This document shows positions 63,357 through 64,000 of a DNA stretch of 64,000 nucleotides, piece after piece (the first letter of the stretch is position 1; each line of letters opens with the position of its first letter). The notes beneath the pieces are model-generated. The model ran no database searches. It was not told where the DNA came from and worked only from the letters and a program-made list of their open reading frames with translations. The position numbers were made by a program, and so were the translations under genes. This stretch comes from a virus. Its lineage: Duplodnaviria > Caudoviricetes. The stretch lies in the IMG/VR virus record IMGVR_UViG_3300011116_001229; one strand, given 5' to 3'.

Positions 63357-64000
63357 TTATTCTTGCGTGAGGAGATTATTGTCAAAGATAATTTGACATA
63401 TGAGGCGTGACGCATCTGTATCAGACGGGTAATGTATAGCTGTTATCTCTCTAGAAGCTGCTACTTGTTCACCCAGGTGCCTCAATTTGCTTTCAAGATG
63501 TGGATATTTTCTTGAATAATGTTCACTCATGACGAAACCAACCAATGCATGACCGCTTGGATAAGACGCTGTCATCGCGTCAGTTCTGATTAGAGGATAT
63601 AGGGGTAAACCAAAGTGATAAGCAAGCTGATACGGTCTTGGGCGATTGATCAGTTCTTTCAGGTGGAATAGCAATGGAAGAGTTTGATTGTCAATTCTAT
63701 AGTATTCTTCTAAAGTCTCATCGTATCCGTTGTCTGAAAGAAGCTCGAGAAATAATTTGGCAATGTTACTCTCATCATCAACATAACGAGCATATGCAAC
63801 ATCTCTTGACGTCGCAGAACTAGTCATTTTTAGAAGTCTCGCTAGATCTTGACGCGTGACGTCGCTACTGTTGCTGGGTGCAGAATTTTGAAGTTCATCT
63901 AGCCAACCACTCTTGATAAACCAGTCTTTGATAGGATCGTTAGTCTTCTGTGCAAGTTTAACAAATTCCAGCGGAGCATGTCCATAGCATATGCTATCAG
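63357..64000 (-). CDS. PAP2 / class A acid phosphatase / haloperoxidase superfamily, 5'-truncated by window edge
   Basis: Frame open to window end; 'K...NRPRP', 'SYPSGHA', 'SR.....HYPSD'. Confidence 0.85.
   Translation of the reverse strand, partial: DSICYGHAPLEFVKLAQKTNDPIKDWFIKSGWLDELQNSAPSNSSDVTRQDLARLLKMTSSATSRDVAYARYVDDESNIAKLFLELLSDNGYDETLEEYYRIDNQTLPLLFHLKELINRPRPYQLAYHFGLPLYPLIRTDAMTASYPSGHALVGFVMSEHYSRKYPHLESKLRHLGEQVAASREITAIHYPSDTDASRLICQIIFDNNLLTQE

Noticed and set aside
1-64000. Giant eukaryotic virus (NCLDV) origin suggested by PolX, MBD4-like, Fpg and UDPGP genes
   Set aside because: DnaE, GroEL, IF-1, SD sites, sigma70-like promoters, CCA-encoding tRNAs and translational coupling indicate a bacteriophage.
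1-64000. CRISPR array, rRNA, IS/transposase, integrase
   Set aside because: No regularly spaced repeats, rRNA-like sequence or transposase/integrase motifs were seen.

Overview
This 64 kb window is most likely part of a large (jumbo/huge) tailed-phage genome. It is densely coded in genetic code 11 with SD sites, overlapping stop/start codons and sigma70-like promoters. It carries DnaE, GroEL, IF-1, a 3-tRNA cluster, several free-standing homing-type endonucleases, and dozens of unknown proteins that share an N-terminal 'xLRxIIxEE/LxE' motif and follow an ATANTTA promoter-like element. Recognisable modules are nucleotide metabolism (dUTPase/dCTPase-like, HAD nucleotidase, ThyX-like, deoxyribosyltransferase, TK, dCMP deaminase, PurA, GuaB/C), DNA repair (Fpg/Nei, MBD4-like, UvsE, minimal PolX, 5'-3' exonuclease), chaperones, redox proteins and a PrkA-YeaH-SpoVR operon. 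The most striking signals are four. (1) dnaE is split after the PHP-domain HxH motif by a 10-nt stop-containing hairpin (16054-16063), so an intact protein needs bypassing or RNA excision. (2) A dNMP-kinase/thymidylate-synthase-like fusion has a cytosine-type Asp and sits among three NDP-sugar SDR enzymes, suggesting an uncharacterised cytosine hypermodification pathway. (3) The Fpg gene can only make its catalytic N-terminal Pro from an ATC start. (4) A tRNA-Ile has a non-canonical D/T-loop elbow. All product calls come from motif recognition by eye; no database searches were run.
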